DNA of 64,000 nt, taken from NCBI GenBank assembly GCA_010356995.1, contig ML996697.1:791793-855792 (forward strand), read 5' to 3'. Within the stretch, counting starts at the first letter, position 1; each line of letters starts with the position of its first letter. The notes under the pieces were generated by a model that was not told where the DNA came from, ran no database searches, and worked only from the letters and a program-made list of their open reading frames with translations. The position numbers and the translations under genes are program-made. Source of the DNA: Trichodelitschia bisporula. Taxonomy: Eukaryota. Positions 46,705 through 60,113 of this stretch are shown piece after piece.

Positions 46705-48805
46705 CTATTTTGCAGGCTCACCGCGCCCTAGTTTCGCCACAACCTCATCAAGGCGCTCGTTCGCACTCGCAATGCTCAATGCAGCATCCCGCATCGCCCG
46801 ACTCTCCTGCACCACGGAGCGAACCACTCCCTCGAGCAACGCGTTCTGCTCCTGGAGGCGCCGCACCTCGAGTCGCAGCGCAGCAACCTCGTCCCCGAGG
46901 CTGCTGGCGGGAAGATCCTCATCCATCGCCTCGGCCGCGCCCTCCGCCTGGCGACGTGCACTCTCGTCGCTGCACCTCTCGACCTCGAGTGCACGCTCTC
47001 GCTCTTCCAGAGCCCTGACCCGCTCCATCAAGCCCTGCTGCTCGCTCTCCCATGCCCGTTCCTTGTCCACGCCCTTCTGTTCCAGCTGCGTTGCCATCTG
47101 CAGGATCTTCATGTACTGCTCGCGAGTCTCGATATTGGTTCGCCGCGCCTCGTCACGCGAAGCTTCCACCTCTCTAACCTGTGTCTGCAGGGCGGCGGTC
47201 TGCTGCTGCAGAGCCTCCTTCTCGTCGGTCAGGCTGTTGATCTCCACATCAGTGACCTCGAATTTTCTCTCCAGTGCTTCCACCTTGCGCTTCTGTCGCT
47301 CAAGCGTCTGCATCAGGGAGTTGTGCTCGAGTTGCAGCGTTTGGTGTGCCAGTGTCTTCACCGTAATTTGATGCTGGAGGTCTTGGAGGACAGACTGATG
47401 AGCCGACGAGGGCGCCGATGAGTGAGAGTGTGTCGACGGGTGGAAGAGCGAAGACGGGGAGGACATGGACGAGAGGTTCGGAAGAACAGGTAGATTCATG
47501 GAGGGCGGAGAAGGCATTAAAAGGCTGGGTTGAGGTGTACGAGCTGGAGAAATATGACGTCCGAAGAAGCCAGTTGATGACGTAGAGAGGCTGCGGTGGT
47601 GAGGTGCAGATGGAGGGCCAAACTCTGTTGAAGACTGGCTCGGCCAGCCTTCTTCTGTCGGATTTAAGGAAGGCGAGGGCGCGGGAGCGGGATGCGGATG
47701 CTGTTGCGGCTGTTGCATCGGCTGCTGCTGCTGTTGTTGCTGCGGCTGTCCTGGTGGCAACTGCCGCCGCGGCGAGAAATCCGCATCGCGGTCCGATGCT
47801 TCGCTCTGGCGTTTCATCTCGTCGCTGACAGAGGTAGAGAGGCCGGTAGAGGATATGGGATCCTGTGTGGCGGGTTGGTGTTGATACTGGTGGGGTAGCG
47901 AAGCATTTCTCCATTTCAAATAGCGGAGAACCCATTCGAGTGTTTCCGCTGTGCCCACGGCTGCAGGATCTGGGAACTGTATCAAAAAAACAACATCAAC
48001 CCAGGCATTCGCCAGAGATACAAGACAGAGCGGGCCAACTCACCGACTCGTGGTATTTTTCGCCCCGCGGTTGCAACGCGTCAAGCTCGGGACCAAACAG
48101 TGCCGACGCTATGTGTCTTGTAAGTGTGCGGACACGCGCGCACGTCACCCCTCGGCATCCAACGCTGCAGCAAGCAGTGGTGCGACTTGGCTCACTGGAT
48201 TCTTCCTCTTCCCACTCATGTCGCGGTGGTACATGATGCGATGTCTGCGTGAACCGACTTAGTAATCCGGTTGTCGGATCGTCTCTATTAATCTCGCCGC
48301 GCCCGGGAGTAACGTCGAGCGTGGCCGAGCTTTCCCCGGAGGTTTGATCAGCAAGGAATCTGCGTGGCTCGGCGGCTGGCTCGGCGGAAGTGATTAAGGC
48401 GCCCGGTCCGCGATCCAATCGCCGTCTCTTCACCCTAGGCTGGGGAGCGTAGAGGGTCAATGACGGAGCCTTGCGTTCGGGGGGGTTGGGAGGGGTAGCT
48501 GCAGAGTCGAGAGAGGCTAGCCAGAGGTGACGCGGTGATGCAGTAGCGGGTTGAACGTTGCGATCCCAGCCAGCCAGGCGATGGATGCCGCCTTCTAGAA
48601 GGTCTGGTGGGGGTAGTGGAGGCAGCCTCCGACTGCTGCGTTCCCATGGGGGGCTTGTCGATGGTGCCGCAGCAGGGTCCTGAATGGGAGCAGGTGATGG
48701 AAGCGTTAGGGCCGAAGGTACAACGCCGTGTGGTGGCGGAGAAGGCTGCGAGGATGTAGCGGTATATGGTTCCCAAGGCGGCAAGGAATTGGGCCCGGAT
48801 GCCAT
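46705..48805 (-). CDS. Hypothetical protein with polyQ tract and long C-terminal coiled coil
   Basis: Two long ORFs joined by intron 48043-47977; heptad-rich LQDLQHQITVKTLAHQTLQLEH.. region. Start uncertain. Confidence 0.75.
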
Positions 48806-51800
48806 AGGTTCCAGCACAAGATGTGACTCGTTTGTCGAGAGTCTTTGGCCGCCATTCGGTGCGTCGACGTAATGCAATGCAGGTGGTTTACTGAGCAGGA
48901 AGCGGCGGGCGACCTCCTGGCCTCAACAGCGCTAAGATGAAAAAGTTGGAGACTGAGCAATATAAGATACTAAGCAAAAAAGGGAATAAGGCTGGACAAA
49001 GGAAATAGCGAGGGTTGGTTTGTAGGGGAGCGGGAGATTGATACTTACTCCGGGGAAGCGAAACCGACTTTGTTTGGTAAGACGGCGCACGATCACCGGG
49101 GTGGGGAAGATGTTGTGAGGCGTCCGCGATGGTTAGTGAACCATCAGGTAGAAAACGAGGAGAGCCTTGTTGGGGGGAAGAAGGAGGTGTGTGGCCGGTG
49201 AGCTTGTGTAGCGCGATCAGCTCAGCAGCTGAAGCCAGTCTGACAGTCGTTGTAAAGAGCCAAAAACGCAGCATAGAGAGGGAAAATTGAGCCGTTAACG
49301 TTGAAAGAAGCCATGCATATCGCCCGCAGGTCTCACCCCAGATCGGCACTGGCAGTTGGAGGGGGTCAAGACGCGTGGAAGCCCGAGAGAAGACAGAAAA
49401 GAAGCGGATGACTTTCTGCTGCTACCGCCACACGCAGGAATGGCATGAGGTGATTGAGTGACCAGTTCGAAGCAACAGGGGTGCTTCGAGGGGGGAAGGG
49501 GGGGTTAAGGCATGCGGGTGTGAAAGAATTGGCCCAGGTTAGTGAGGATGTGGGGCAGGCTGGGGAAAGGCTGTTTGGATGCAAAAGGTCCAATTCTATG
49601 CGAGAGAGCAGCCCATGGGCAAGGAAGGGGAAGTGGTAGCGACGCCGCCGTCGCGCTGCAACAAGGGCGGGAACGGTTAGGCGATTGGATGGGAGAAGGT
49701 AAGAAGTTCGAGGTTCACTATGCTCGAAGTCCCTACGAAGTATGGCCTATCTTTCCAAGGCGCTGCAAAGATGCATCCGAGAAGAGGTTGTCCGGGGTAT
49801 GGTTGGTAAGCTCTCACCCACTGCTTACGCATTTTTTGCCAACATCCCGAGGCTCTTCCGAGATTCCCAATATTTAAGCTTGTACTCTCGACCGCCGATC
49901 ACACGCGGAGAGTCTGGACTCCTTTAGAGAGCTCTCAGGTGCACATCGCTGTTGATAGCGAAGAAATGTGTGGAGGATCAACGTCGCCTTTCCCACAGCC
50001 GGAATGCATCGATGCGACATGGGTATGCATCAGACGGCCCGACCAGGCCCGCGGGCCACATCTTTCGAGATTCGCCGTAGGGCTCGGCCTAGCGGGTTGG
50101 ATGCTGTGGAACGGTCGCATGCTTGCTTTTGCACCAATCCGGTCCTTAGGTCAGGCCTAGCAAAGCGGTTGCGGTAGGAATAGCCGGACTCCAGAGCCAT
50201 CGCTTACCGGTAGTGCTTTGAATGCCGGATATCTTGACACTAAGGCCGAGTGTGGAGATCGCGCCGAGCTAATGGAAGAGGGCTTCTCCGAGTCCATGTC
50301 CGGGTGGTGGTGGAGTGCAGAACGCTACGGCAGAGATGGCCCGGGTTGTTGCGATGATGGAAAGACACGGTGAGCAAACGCGATGCTGACTCATTCCCTA
50401 TTGTCAGTACAGGGCCCTCTGTTCGTCCTATCCTGTCCTCCTAGGCCCCAGCAGCTTGTCGCGCTTGCTCGTCACAAAGCGGGGTCAGAGGCACTTCCAT
50501 ATCTCAAAGCTTATCCCGCTTGCGTATGTGTGCACCTCGATCACAGTCTTTCGGAGCTCGCCAGCGTGGTGAGGCAGAGACTCTCAATGCCAAGTGCATG
50601 CTGCATAATATACGCACGTTTCCAAGAAGCCGCTTGCCTGCACGGCACGGTTTCTCGGGAAATCGGTAGGGCGGGGGATGCAGGTCGAGTTATTAATGGC
50701 TCACCTTAGTAACAGGGTAGAACACCTCTGACATACCGCCTTGTCGCTTCCCCACGGATGGTCAGCGGTCAGCGCCGGCGGCCAGTGTCAGCCGAAGCGG
50801 TGGTAATAAGTTCTTATCCTCGCCGGATCGGCCCGCATTATCCCACCTTTGCACTATGGGACGGTTGCTCTCGCACGGTCGAAATGGTGGGACCGAGCCC
50901 GTGTTTGTCGGGCCGTGGTGACTGAGTTCACGCAAGCAATAACAATTGGACTGGTTTGAAACAGCATAGAATAATCACTAATTACAGCGGAATCTAACTT
51001 AACATGATATACCGTACTGAGAGATTTGTGCAGTGGCGAATGATCCGTGATTCGGCCGTCTATACCATGACTGAGAGATCCGATCGCAAGTCATTTGAGG
51101 GGGCGCGGCCTTCATCGATAGTCCAGTTCGCTCAGCGACGACGAGCATCGTCAAGAGTGCGGTGATGCAGTCATGCTGGCTGTTACAACTTTAACACCCA
51201 AGTCGGTGTCCAAGGGATAGCTTCTGTGGCCGCAGTTCCAGCAAGCTTCGGCACCTTCATCATTAGCCTTGGACCGCAGCGCCATGTTTATATCGCCTTA
51301 GCCGTCGAGCAGCATGACATGGGCATATGCCTCGAGCCAAGTCCTCTTTCACCTCATCCGCCATGATTCACGACAGAAAAGATGAACAGGTTCCCGATGC
51401 TCAAGTCTGGACGCAGAGCGAGAAGGAAGCCGTCATGGTGAAAAAGGCGACCGACGTCCCTGACTTGCTTAGCAAGGATGATGCACTCAAGCTCAGGCAG
51501 GAGCTCTTCGGGCAAGTTTTCGGGGTAACCAAGGTCGATTTCCGCGATGCGCTCCCCCGTGGAGTCCGTGTCGCCATCGCTGAGTGATACGGAAAGGAAA
51601 GCAAACGCAGTAAGTGGTAAGCATATTTGCGTGATCCAACGGGAGTACCGATTTACTAAAGGGTTGAGATGTTCGTGGGGTCCATGATGCGCGCCTCCAT
51701 GTTGGCGGGTTCGCCATTTGCCGGCTTTCCCTCTCCCGCTCCTCGTCGTCGGATACTGGGATGGTTCAATTGACACGTCCTCGGTGGGGCCTTGACGGTG

Positions 51801-52328
51801 AGATGCCTTTGCTTCGCGTTCAGCGCTGCCTTATAGTTAGCAGAAGCATTTCATGTCGATCTGTATGTGAAAGCTAGGCGTTGGATGCCTCTTTATCGAA
51901 CATCAAGTCTGCGATCCGAATGAGTCCGTAGTGTCATTCGTGCGAAGGACTCGAAGACATTCGATTTTCTTTCGTGTGAAGGACTCAAAGACCTTCGATT
52001 TTCTGTCACGAAAGCCATTTTAATCGAAAGTCAAGGCAAAGGCGAGACACACCGAACGCTCCACTGTACTTCACGACCTCATGCAGGCGAGATCGAAGTG
52101 TGCAACATAACCGTTTTGACACCCGAAGTTCGCCTTGCGACGCCTAAAATAGGGCCAAACAAACCGGCGATCCAAGTGCCATCCTAGCGCCACGCATCCT
52201 GACCTCATGGCAGCTCAAGGGGTGGCTGGAGTCTTGGCTGAACGTTGGTCGCATTGGGATCGGCACACCACACGCGCGACATCATCACCACTTCTTCTGA
52301 AGAATTACACCATGCGCCGCTGGTAGCA

Positions 52329-54191
52329 ATGGCCTTCTCCCTCCTCCTCCCCATCACGGCCTCGCCCCTTCAAGCAGCCAGTTATCTCCTCGGCGTCTGC
52401 CTCTTCTCCATCTCCTTCCTCGTCTTTCTCAACTCGGCCGTCAGCTTCGTCATCACCGACCGCATCGGACAGACGAATGGTGTAGGCGATGCCGTCGGTA
52501 CACTCGGCTTTGCGGATGAGCTGCTCGCGCTGGTGGCTTGTCCCATCTGGGGCGCGCTGAGCGACCGCGTAGGCGTGCGCGCCGTCGTGGTGACGGGCTA
52601 TGCCATAGTCGGCGTCGCGCTCTGCCTGTTCGTACAGGCGCGCAATGTCTATCCGCAGCTACTGCTCGGCCGACTGCTCTTCAGCCTCGGGGGATCGGCG
52701 ACGTGAGCCGCATCGTGCATTAAATGAAGTGTCCCAACTAACGCGCTTCTCAGCTCAACGATGGTCACCGCCATCCTTCCCACGATGACGCAACCCCGCA
52801 CCCCTCTTCCCACCCCGACTTCAACTCCAACTCCCATCCCGCACGCTCACCGCCCTACCCCCTCTATCTCATCCGAACTTACAATTACCCCTGCGCGCTT
52901 CCAAGCGCGCACACCTCCGCCACCTATATCCCCAACCCCACCCCCCTCGTCATCGGCGGGCAAGCTCTCCGGCATCGTAGGCATGTTGACCGGCATTGGT
53001 GCCCTCGTCGCGCTCGGGTTCTTCCTCCCCCTCCCAACCTACTTCCAAAACGCCGGTATGTCGCCCGGCCAAGCCGTCGCAGACAGCTTCTATGTCGTCG
53101 GGGCCATCGCACTGGTTGTCGCCGTGGGCTGTGCCTTCGGCCTCCGCCATCTCCCAGGCGAAGAAGCGAAAAGCTACCATGCGCTGTTCAAGTCCCATGT
53201 GCAAAAGGACAGCAGCTATGCGGATGAGCCCGGCACTCGCGTCCTTTCTTATCCTCGCCTCCTCTTCCACGCTGCCTCCCTTGCCCTGCATGATGTGGAC
53301 ATCGCGCTCGCCTACGTTGGAGGCTTTGTCGCGCGGGCCTCCTCCGTTGCAATCAGCCTCTTTATCCCGCTCTACATAAACGCCTATTTCATTAGCTCCG
53401 GCCGTTGCCGCGCTACAACCTCCCTTCCCCATGACCCTCACGCTATAAAGCGGACCTGTCAACGCGCCTACATCCTCGCCTCCATTCTGACGGGCACTTC
53501 ACAACTCATTGCGCTTCTCTGCGCTCCACTCTTCGGCTACCTCTCCGCGCGCTACGCTCACTCTAACGCACCGCTACTGCTCACCGCTATCGCTGGAATC
53601 GCCGGGTACGTGATGCTGGGCCTGCTCAAGAATCCGGATTTTGCGGAGAAAGATGGCGGACCGGGCGTGTTTATCATCGTAGCTCTGGTCGGTGTCTCGC
53701 AGATCGGCGCGATTGTGTGTTCGCTCGCGCTTGTGGCGCGTGGTGTGCATGGCGAGCAGCCAGAGAAGATTCACCCGCCTCCGCCCACACCGGGCGCTGG
53801 GAGTGCAGACTCGGCGCTGGGGACGCCGACACCGACGGCGGGCCCGAATGTCTTGCGTGCGACTTCGTACTTCGCCTCCGTCGAGCGTGATGGGCGGATC
53901 AGTGAAGATGACGCTCACGCCCCGCTGCTCGGCACGGTAGCGGAGGAGCCGCCGGAGTCGCGGGAGAACCGTCATGCGCTCAAGGGTTCCATTGCCGGGA
54001 TGTACTCGCTCGCAGGCGGAGCGGGGATCCTGCTCCTCACCAAGCTGGGCGGGGTTTTATTTGACGGAGCGGATGTGGGAGGGCCCTTTTTCATGATGGC
54101 GGGGTTTAATGCCGTTCTGGCTGCGGCGGTGGGGGTGGGATGGTGGGTTAGGGGACGAGAGAAAGAGGGAGATGCTGGAGAAGGGACTTGA
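52329..54191 (+). CDS. MFS transporter
   Basis: WGALSDRVGVR (MFS motif A), multiple hydrophobic helices, intron 52703-52753. Confidence 0.9.
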
Positions 54192-55404
54192 TATGTAGAT
54201 GAAGAGGTCGGGAATCTAGGTGTTTTTGGCATAGGTTTGGCGTTTGGCGTTTGGCGTTTGAGGGAGATGGTGGTGATTAGATACCCTTTGCACGAGGAAT
54301 GGACTGTAGAATGAAGTCCTTCTTGTGCGCTCTACGTTTTGCTCATCGTGGCTTGCCCACCCGCAACGATATCGTCCTGGCAGAATGCTTCCTGATACGG
54401 GTACGGCAAGGTCGGCGTGCCCATTGTACAGCTCGGTTACTTCTCGCTGGTTAACCTCTAGGTCGGGGTAAGCCATATGCAAGACCAGACAGGCCTGGCG
54501 CTGGTCATGTTCATCAGCCTTGTTCTCCATTCTACTTCGTCATACAAAGCGCAATGAAAGGACCCTATCGGAGCAGGATACGATGAAACGCGATGTGAGA
54601 TGCAGCGAGCTGCGCGTAGCTGCTAAGGCCGATGGAACCGATGAACCCTCACATGAATCAAACGCCATTTCGCAATCGGAATGGAGGCACAAGCATTGTA
54701 TGGCGCTCAAGGCTTTTAACCTCATTTTGCTTTGGATGCGGTTCTGACTAAAAGATGCCTGGAGATCAAGACGTCAAGACGCGCGGCTATGAAGCAGTTA
54801 AATGAGGCTGTAGAGATGGTAAAGGGCGGCGTGCGATTGGCCAGTGAGGACGGGAAAGGTGGAGTGGCGGATGAGTCAAAGCGAATCGCCTGCGGAATTA
54901 GAAACACCGTTGCCCACGAATCGCCCTTGCTAACCCCCACCCCCCACACCCACCCTAACTGCTCACTTACACCTCTGTTCATTCAACATCAGACATCGCT
55001 CTGTCAACGACTCGTTTGTGCCTCTATATCCTTCTCGCATCCCCGCACAGCTTCGCTCACCGATCGCGGTATCCCTTCCCCAGCCGCAAAGACGGCTCAA
55101 TCAACCTCCCACCCGTCGACGTCCCGCAACAGCACAGCCCCGCCATCTCCTCTGGCCATAGCGAGCCAGCTTACCACTGCAGGTGCTCTCCTTTGGGACC
55201 CGAAGTTCACCTCACGGTAGGAAAAGCCCTTCTTTCCCAACCTGATGGCGTCATCACTGTGTCTTGAAGCTAACGACCCCCAACAGGCCACCTCCCGGAA
55301 AGCTCAGGCCCACGCAAATTCTCGCTCTTTCCCTTCAGGGCCGAACGGACTCGTCGATTAGCGTGAGAGACCTTGGAGGTGGCCGAAACTTCACAATATC
55401 AGCC

Positions 55405-56481
55405 ATGGACGGTAGACGGCATCCTCCCAGCTCCTTCCAGCAGCTGGAGAAGTTGGGCGAGGGGACATATGCGACGGTATGCATGTTGGTGATGTGAGGT
55501 GTATGCAACTAAGTGGCATAGGTGTTCAAAGGACGGAACAGGCAAACCGGCGAGTTCGTTGCGCTCAAGGAGATTCACCTGGATTCGGAAGAAGGCACGC
55601 CCAGCACGGCCATCCGCGAGATCTCCCTCATGAAGGAGCTCAAGCATGAGAATATTGTCTCACTGCACGACGTCATCCATACAGAGAACAAGCTCATGCT
55701 AGTCTTTGAGTATATGGACAAGGACCTTAAGAAGTACATGGACTCACGCGGCGAGCGGGGTGCCTTGGATGCTGTCACCATCAAGTCCTTCATGTGGCAG
55801 CTTCTCAAGGGTATTGCCTTCTGCCACGATAACCGCGTCCTGCACCGCGATCTCAAGCCGCAGAACCTGCTCATCAACACGAAAGGACAGCTCAAGCTGG
55901 CTGATTTCGGCCTTGCCCGCGCCTTTGGTATCCCGGTCAACACGTTCTCCAACGAAGTCGTCACGCTCTGGTACCGCGCGCCCGACGTCCTGCTGGGCAG
56001 CCGGACGTACAACACAAGCATCGACATCTGGAGCGCCGGCTGCATCATGGCCGAAATGTACTCCGGCCGGCCGCTCTTCCCAGGCACAACCAACGAGGAC
56101 CAGCTGCAGAAGATCTTCCGGCTGATGGGCACGCCCAGCGAGCGCAGCTGGCCCGGCCTCACCCAGTTCACAGAGTACAAGCCCAACTGGCCGGTGTTCG
56201 CGACGCAGGACCTGCGCAACATCCTGCCGCAGATCGACCCCATCGGCATCCAGCTGCTGACCAGCATGTTGCAGATGCGTCCGGACATGCGCGTGTCGGC
56301 CCAGGACGCCCTGCGTCATCCGTGGTTCAGCGAGTACACCATGGCGGAGGAGCAGCAGCGCATGCTGCGCGATATGGGCCGTCTTCCGCCGCCGCCGATA
56401 CAGATGGGTCAGCAGATGGGCCAGCAGGTTCAGCCGCCGCCTGTGCCTCACTATGCGATGAGCCAGCAGGCGTACCAATGA
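55405..56481 (+). CDS. PHO85: Cyclin-dependent kinase Pho85/PhoA
   Basis: [50 protein letters not shown]; intron 55477-55521. Confidence 0.97.
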
Positions 56482-56942
56482 GGGCTTTTTGTTGTTCATG
56501 CATAATATGGCGATCAGAGACGTTTTATGACCGAGTCTGGCTTTCTCTCCTTGCCATGGGTCTGGAGTTGGCGCGGGTGTTTAGGGCCTTTATGATAGTC
56601 TATGGCGATGCTGTAGTTCCTGCGGGACGCAACTGTTTCCGTCCATTGCAATGCCAACTGGTGTTTTGACGCTGTTCTGATGCTCGCTTGAATGTTGAGT
56701 GGGCGCGAGACGGTTTGTGGTTGCTTTTCCATGAAGTCCTGGCTGCCTGCCTTGATTGAGGAGAGTTGAGTGAGAACGGGCGCTACCTGCAGAGGCAAGT
56801 TGGCTTCGGTATTTATCCCGGGCGTACTGCATAACCGTCATAGGCAACAAGCAATAATGTCAACTTCACTCTCTGCTCAGTGGTGTTGATTCGCAAGCAT
56901 CTGGCATTAATTTCCCCCAGAGAGGTTATCCGGATCCATATC

Positions 56943-58801
56943 CTATGCGTGCATATCCTTCTCATCCACCGCCGTAACCCCCTCGCCCGCATGCACCACG
57001 ACATTCGTCTTGTGCAAACTAGTCTTGACCCGATTCCGGCTCTGGAATATCTCGGTCAACTCCTCCAACGTCCGCTGCTTCGTCTCGACGAAGAAAAAGT
57101 AGATGAATGTGAACTCGAACAGATCCCAGAATATGAAGAGGAAGTAGTACTTCCACCCCGCGCCCGTGAAGGCGATTTCTGTCACGAAGGTGTTGTAGAA
57201 GCCGGCGACGTTGACGAATAGGTTGTACATCCCCATCCCCTTCGCACGGCTCTCGTACCGCAGACACTCGACCGGGTAAAGGGCTTGCAGCGGCGTATAC
57301 CCGGCCGAAAACACAAACCCAAACAGGAATATAATAGCCACGATGGCCTGTGCCTGCTTCGGGTCGCGCGCTATGTACGCGCCCGCCTTTTTCGGATCCG
57401 GGGCCAGGTTCGTAGCGTTGAGCGCGCAGATAAGCGTGAAGAAAACGATGACGATGGCCGTGCTGACGAGGAGCTGTGGCCTCCGGCCCCATTTGTCCGT
57501 GAAGACGGCGCCGAAGACGGCGCCGCTGAAGGAGACGATGTTTTGCGCGCCGTTGTAGAGGAGTTGTTTGGACTTGCCTTTTACGCCGCTGCCTTCGAGC
57601 ATTTGGGGGTAGTAGTAGGAGACGGGGCCGTTGCCGGACCACTGCGGGGGTTAGGGTGGGGTTGGTATGGGGTGGGAAGGGGGGGAAGTACCTGGCCGAA
57701 AAATGCCATGGCGATGACGAGCATGGAGCGGTAGCGCACTTCGGGCGAGTTGAAGAGCTCACGGTAGTCCCACCAGCGCTTGTCGGACCCGGTGACGCTG
57801 ATGTCCTCGATCATCTCGCGGTACTGCAGCTGCACGACTGGGGCATTCCGATCTCCTTCGCCGTGGTAGAACGCCTATCCCCACATTAGCCCGCCATCAA
57901 TACACCACTCCCCCGCTCGCACACGCACCATAACATCCAACGCCTCCTCATGCCGATCATGCGCAATCAACCACCTGGGCGTCTCCGGCAAAAACGGCGT
58001 GCCCATACACACAATGCCCGAAAACACCATCTGCACCCAAATCGGAATACGCCACGCCATGGAGTCCGTCAGTTTCTGGGTCCCGTAGGGCACAAACGTG
58101 CCCGGCACGCCGCCGATGAACCAGAATGTGTTGAAGATGCCGGTGAGGATGCCGCGGTAGGCCGGGTGCGCCATTTCGCTGACGTAGGAGGGCCCCGCCG
58201 ATGCGGTGATTGCGACGCCGAAGCCGAGCATGAAGCGCCCGGCCATGAATTGGGCGAGGTTGCGGGAGGGCGCTTGGATGCAGGTCCCCAAGATGATGAT
58301 GAAGGAGCCGATGAACATGCCCCATTTGCGGCCTGCGGGGGAGGGGGGTTAGCTGGAGGCAGGATTGGGGGGGAGGGAGAATGAACCGCGGAAATCCGTC
58401 GCGGGACCGGCGAAGAAGGATCCTACGATGTTGCCGACGGTGTAGATGGCGTACACGATGCCGGTGGAGGGCGTGCCCTTGTCTTTCGGGAAGCCGAAGT
58501 AATCGCGGTATTGGTCGAGGGCGTTGATGCCGCCCATCAGACTGCCATCGTACCCGTTGATGCAGGAATTGAACGTCGCGACCAGGAGGCAGGCGTACAA
58601 CTGCGCCTATTAGCAGTGTGCTCGCGATGTTTCCGTCTGGGAAGGGCTGACGAGAAACATCCGCCTCGTCCACGGATTCGGCTTCTGCTTGCTGAGCACA
58701 TCCGCCAACGCCGCATTCTGCACCCCCTTAACCGTATCATGATCCTCTCCCTCATGCGGATGCACAATATGTCCCGCGCCGCCCTTCTCGTGAGCCGCCA
58801 T
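56943..58801 (-). CDS. Sugar-porter MFS, lactose permease/cellodextrin transporter type, 5 exons
   Basis: NGYDGSLM, PSYVSEMAHPAYRG, PETPRWL, WWDYRELF, QWSGN, ETKQRTLEEL across spliced pieces. Confidence 0.93.
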
Positions 58802-59991
58802 TGCAACGTCAAAATCCTCAAGATGCTAAAATCGGGGATAGGGTAGGCTTCGCACTCAAAAGCGCAATGCCAGGCGTCTTTCGGAGTATTATACTCCCCC
58901 CATCCTACCCGGTTACCCAGAAAAAATGTCCCAAAAACGGCCTTTCGCGGGCACTGGCTAGATTGGGCGCGCCCGTGTTGCGGCGCTGGCTATCCCTGTC
59001 CTGAGTTCATACTTTTGACACGGGGTATATTGGCTTTGCGGGCCCGTCCCCGCCCGGCGTGAGGCCAGAGGGCCGGGTGCGGGGGTTGCAGCGTCAACGG
59101 TCTTTGGGCATATGCGCTGCGCAACCCGGTGCATGTCTGGTGTCCAGAGCGCTCTGGTGATGCTGGGCGATTGAATAAGCGGTATTTATATCTTCCTCTA
59201 ATTAGCGATGGGAGGAGGTAGGGGATTATCGTGCCTATGGACGGGCGGGGAATTGGTACAGTGCTGTATAATGGTTTAGTGCGGCGATGGAACGTTGAAG
59301 GGGTCTTTCGCATGGATGGCTTTGAGTGGTGGATTTGCGTTGTGTTCGGACCGCTATGTGATGCTCCGTCCGCCTTAATTGGGTTACGGTGTCACGGGAA
59401 ATCTGGAGGTAAGGCCTTCTTGTGAGTGTAGGGCATTCCTCAGGGGCCTCGGTTGAAGAGGCGGGATGGATGCACAACGTTGGGGGGCTGTTGGGGTGCA
59501 TGTCGGGTTGCATGCCATTGCCTGTGTACCGGCAGCAGGTAGATCTAGAATTGGCATGTTTACCGTTAAGGGCAGGAAGTGCCGTGCATACACGATGCCA
59601 GGTGAATGACTCTCCTAGACGTGAAGTGATGAGGAACGAGTAGATCAGATATCTCGCAACTCCTCATGGTGTGGAGGTGCTGGGTGCGCGGCTGTTCGGC
59701 CAATAGTATAGCACATCATAGGCGCCATCTGAACTTGCATCAGTCCAACTCCACAATTCTCCAACATCATATTTTCTAGTCCTCGTCTTTCTCTTCAACT
59801 GGAATCAATTAGGCACCTTGAAGTTGCTGCTGCGTGTATGGCCCTGTTGCTGGTCTTAGGCAAGGCGGACAGTGCGATGGTTCCACCCGTCTTCCATTCA
59901 TCGGCATGTACGATTTCAACCGAGGGAGCTCTGTCGACTGACCTGATGAAAGGTTGCAACGCATTATCAGCACCCTGGACTGGTGGCCTGA

Positions 59992-60113
59992 CGATGCTGA
60001 GCTTCCCTCTCGTGGCCTCACGCATTAACTGGCTCCCATCTCGTCGAGAGTCGATGTTGAGCTTCCCTCTCGTGGCTTCACGCATTAACTGGTTCCCATC
60101 TCGTCGAGAGTCG
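59992..60113. repeat. 60-bp tandem duplication (2 copies)
   Basis: CGATGYTGAGCTTCCCTCTCGTGGCYTCACGCATTAACTGGYTCCCATCTCGTCGAGAGT occurs twice. Confidence 0.95.

Noticed and set aside
51327..51587. 86-aa ATG ORF
   Set aside because: Plausible composition but no motif or other supporting signal.
58883..58897. Palindrome GGAGTAT-T-ATACTCC upstream of the sugar transporter
   Set aside because: Single 7-bp arms with no matching known binding site; could be chance.
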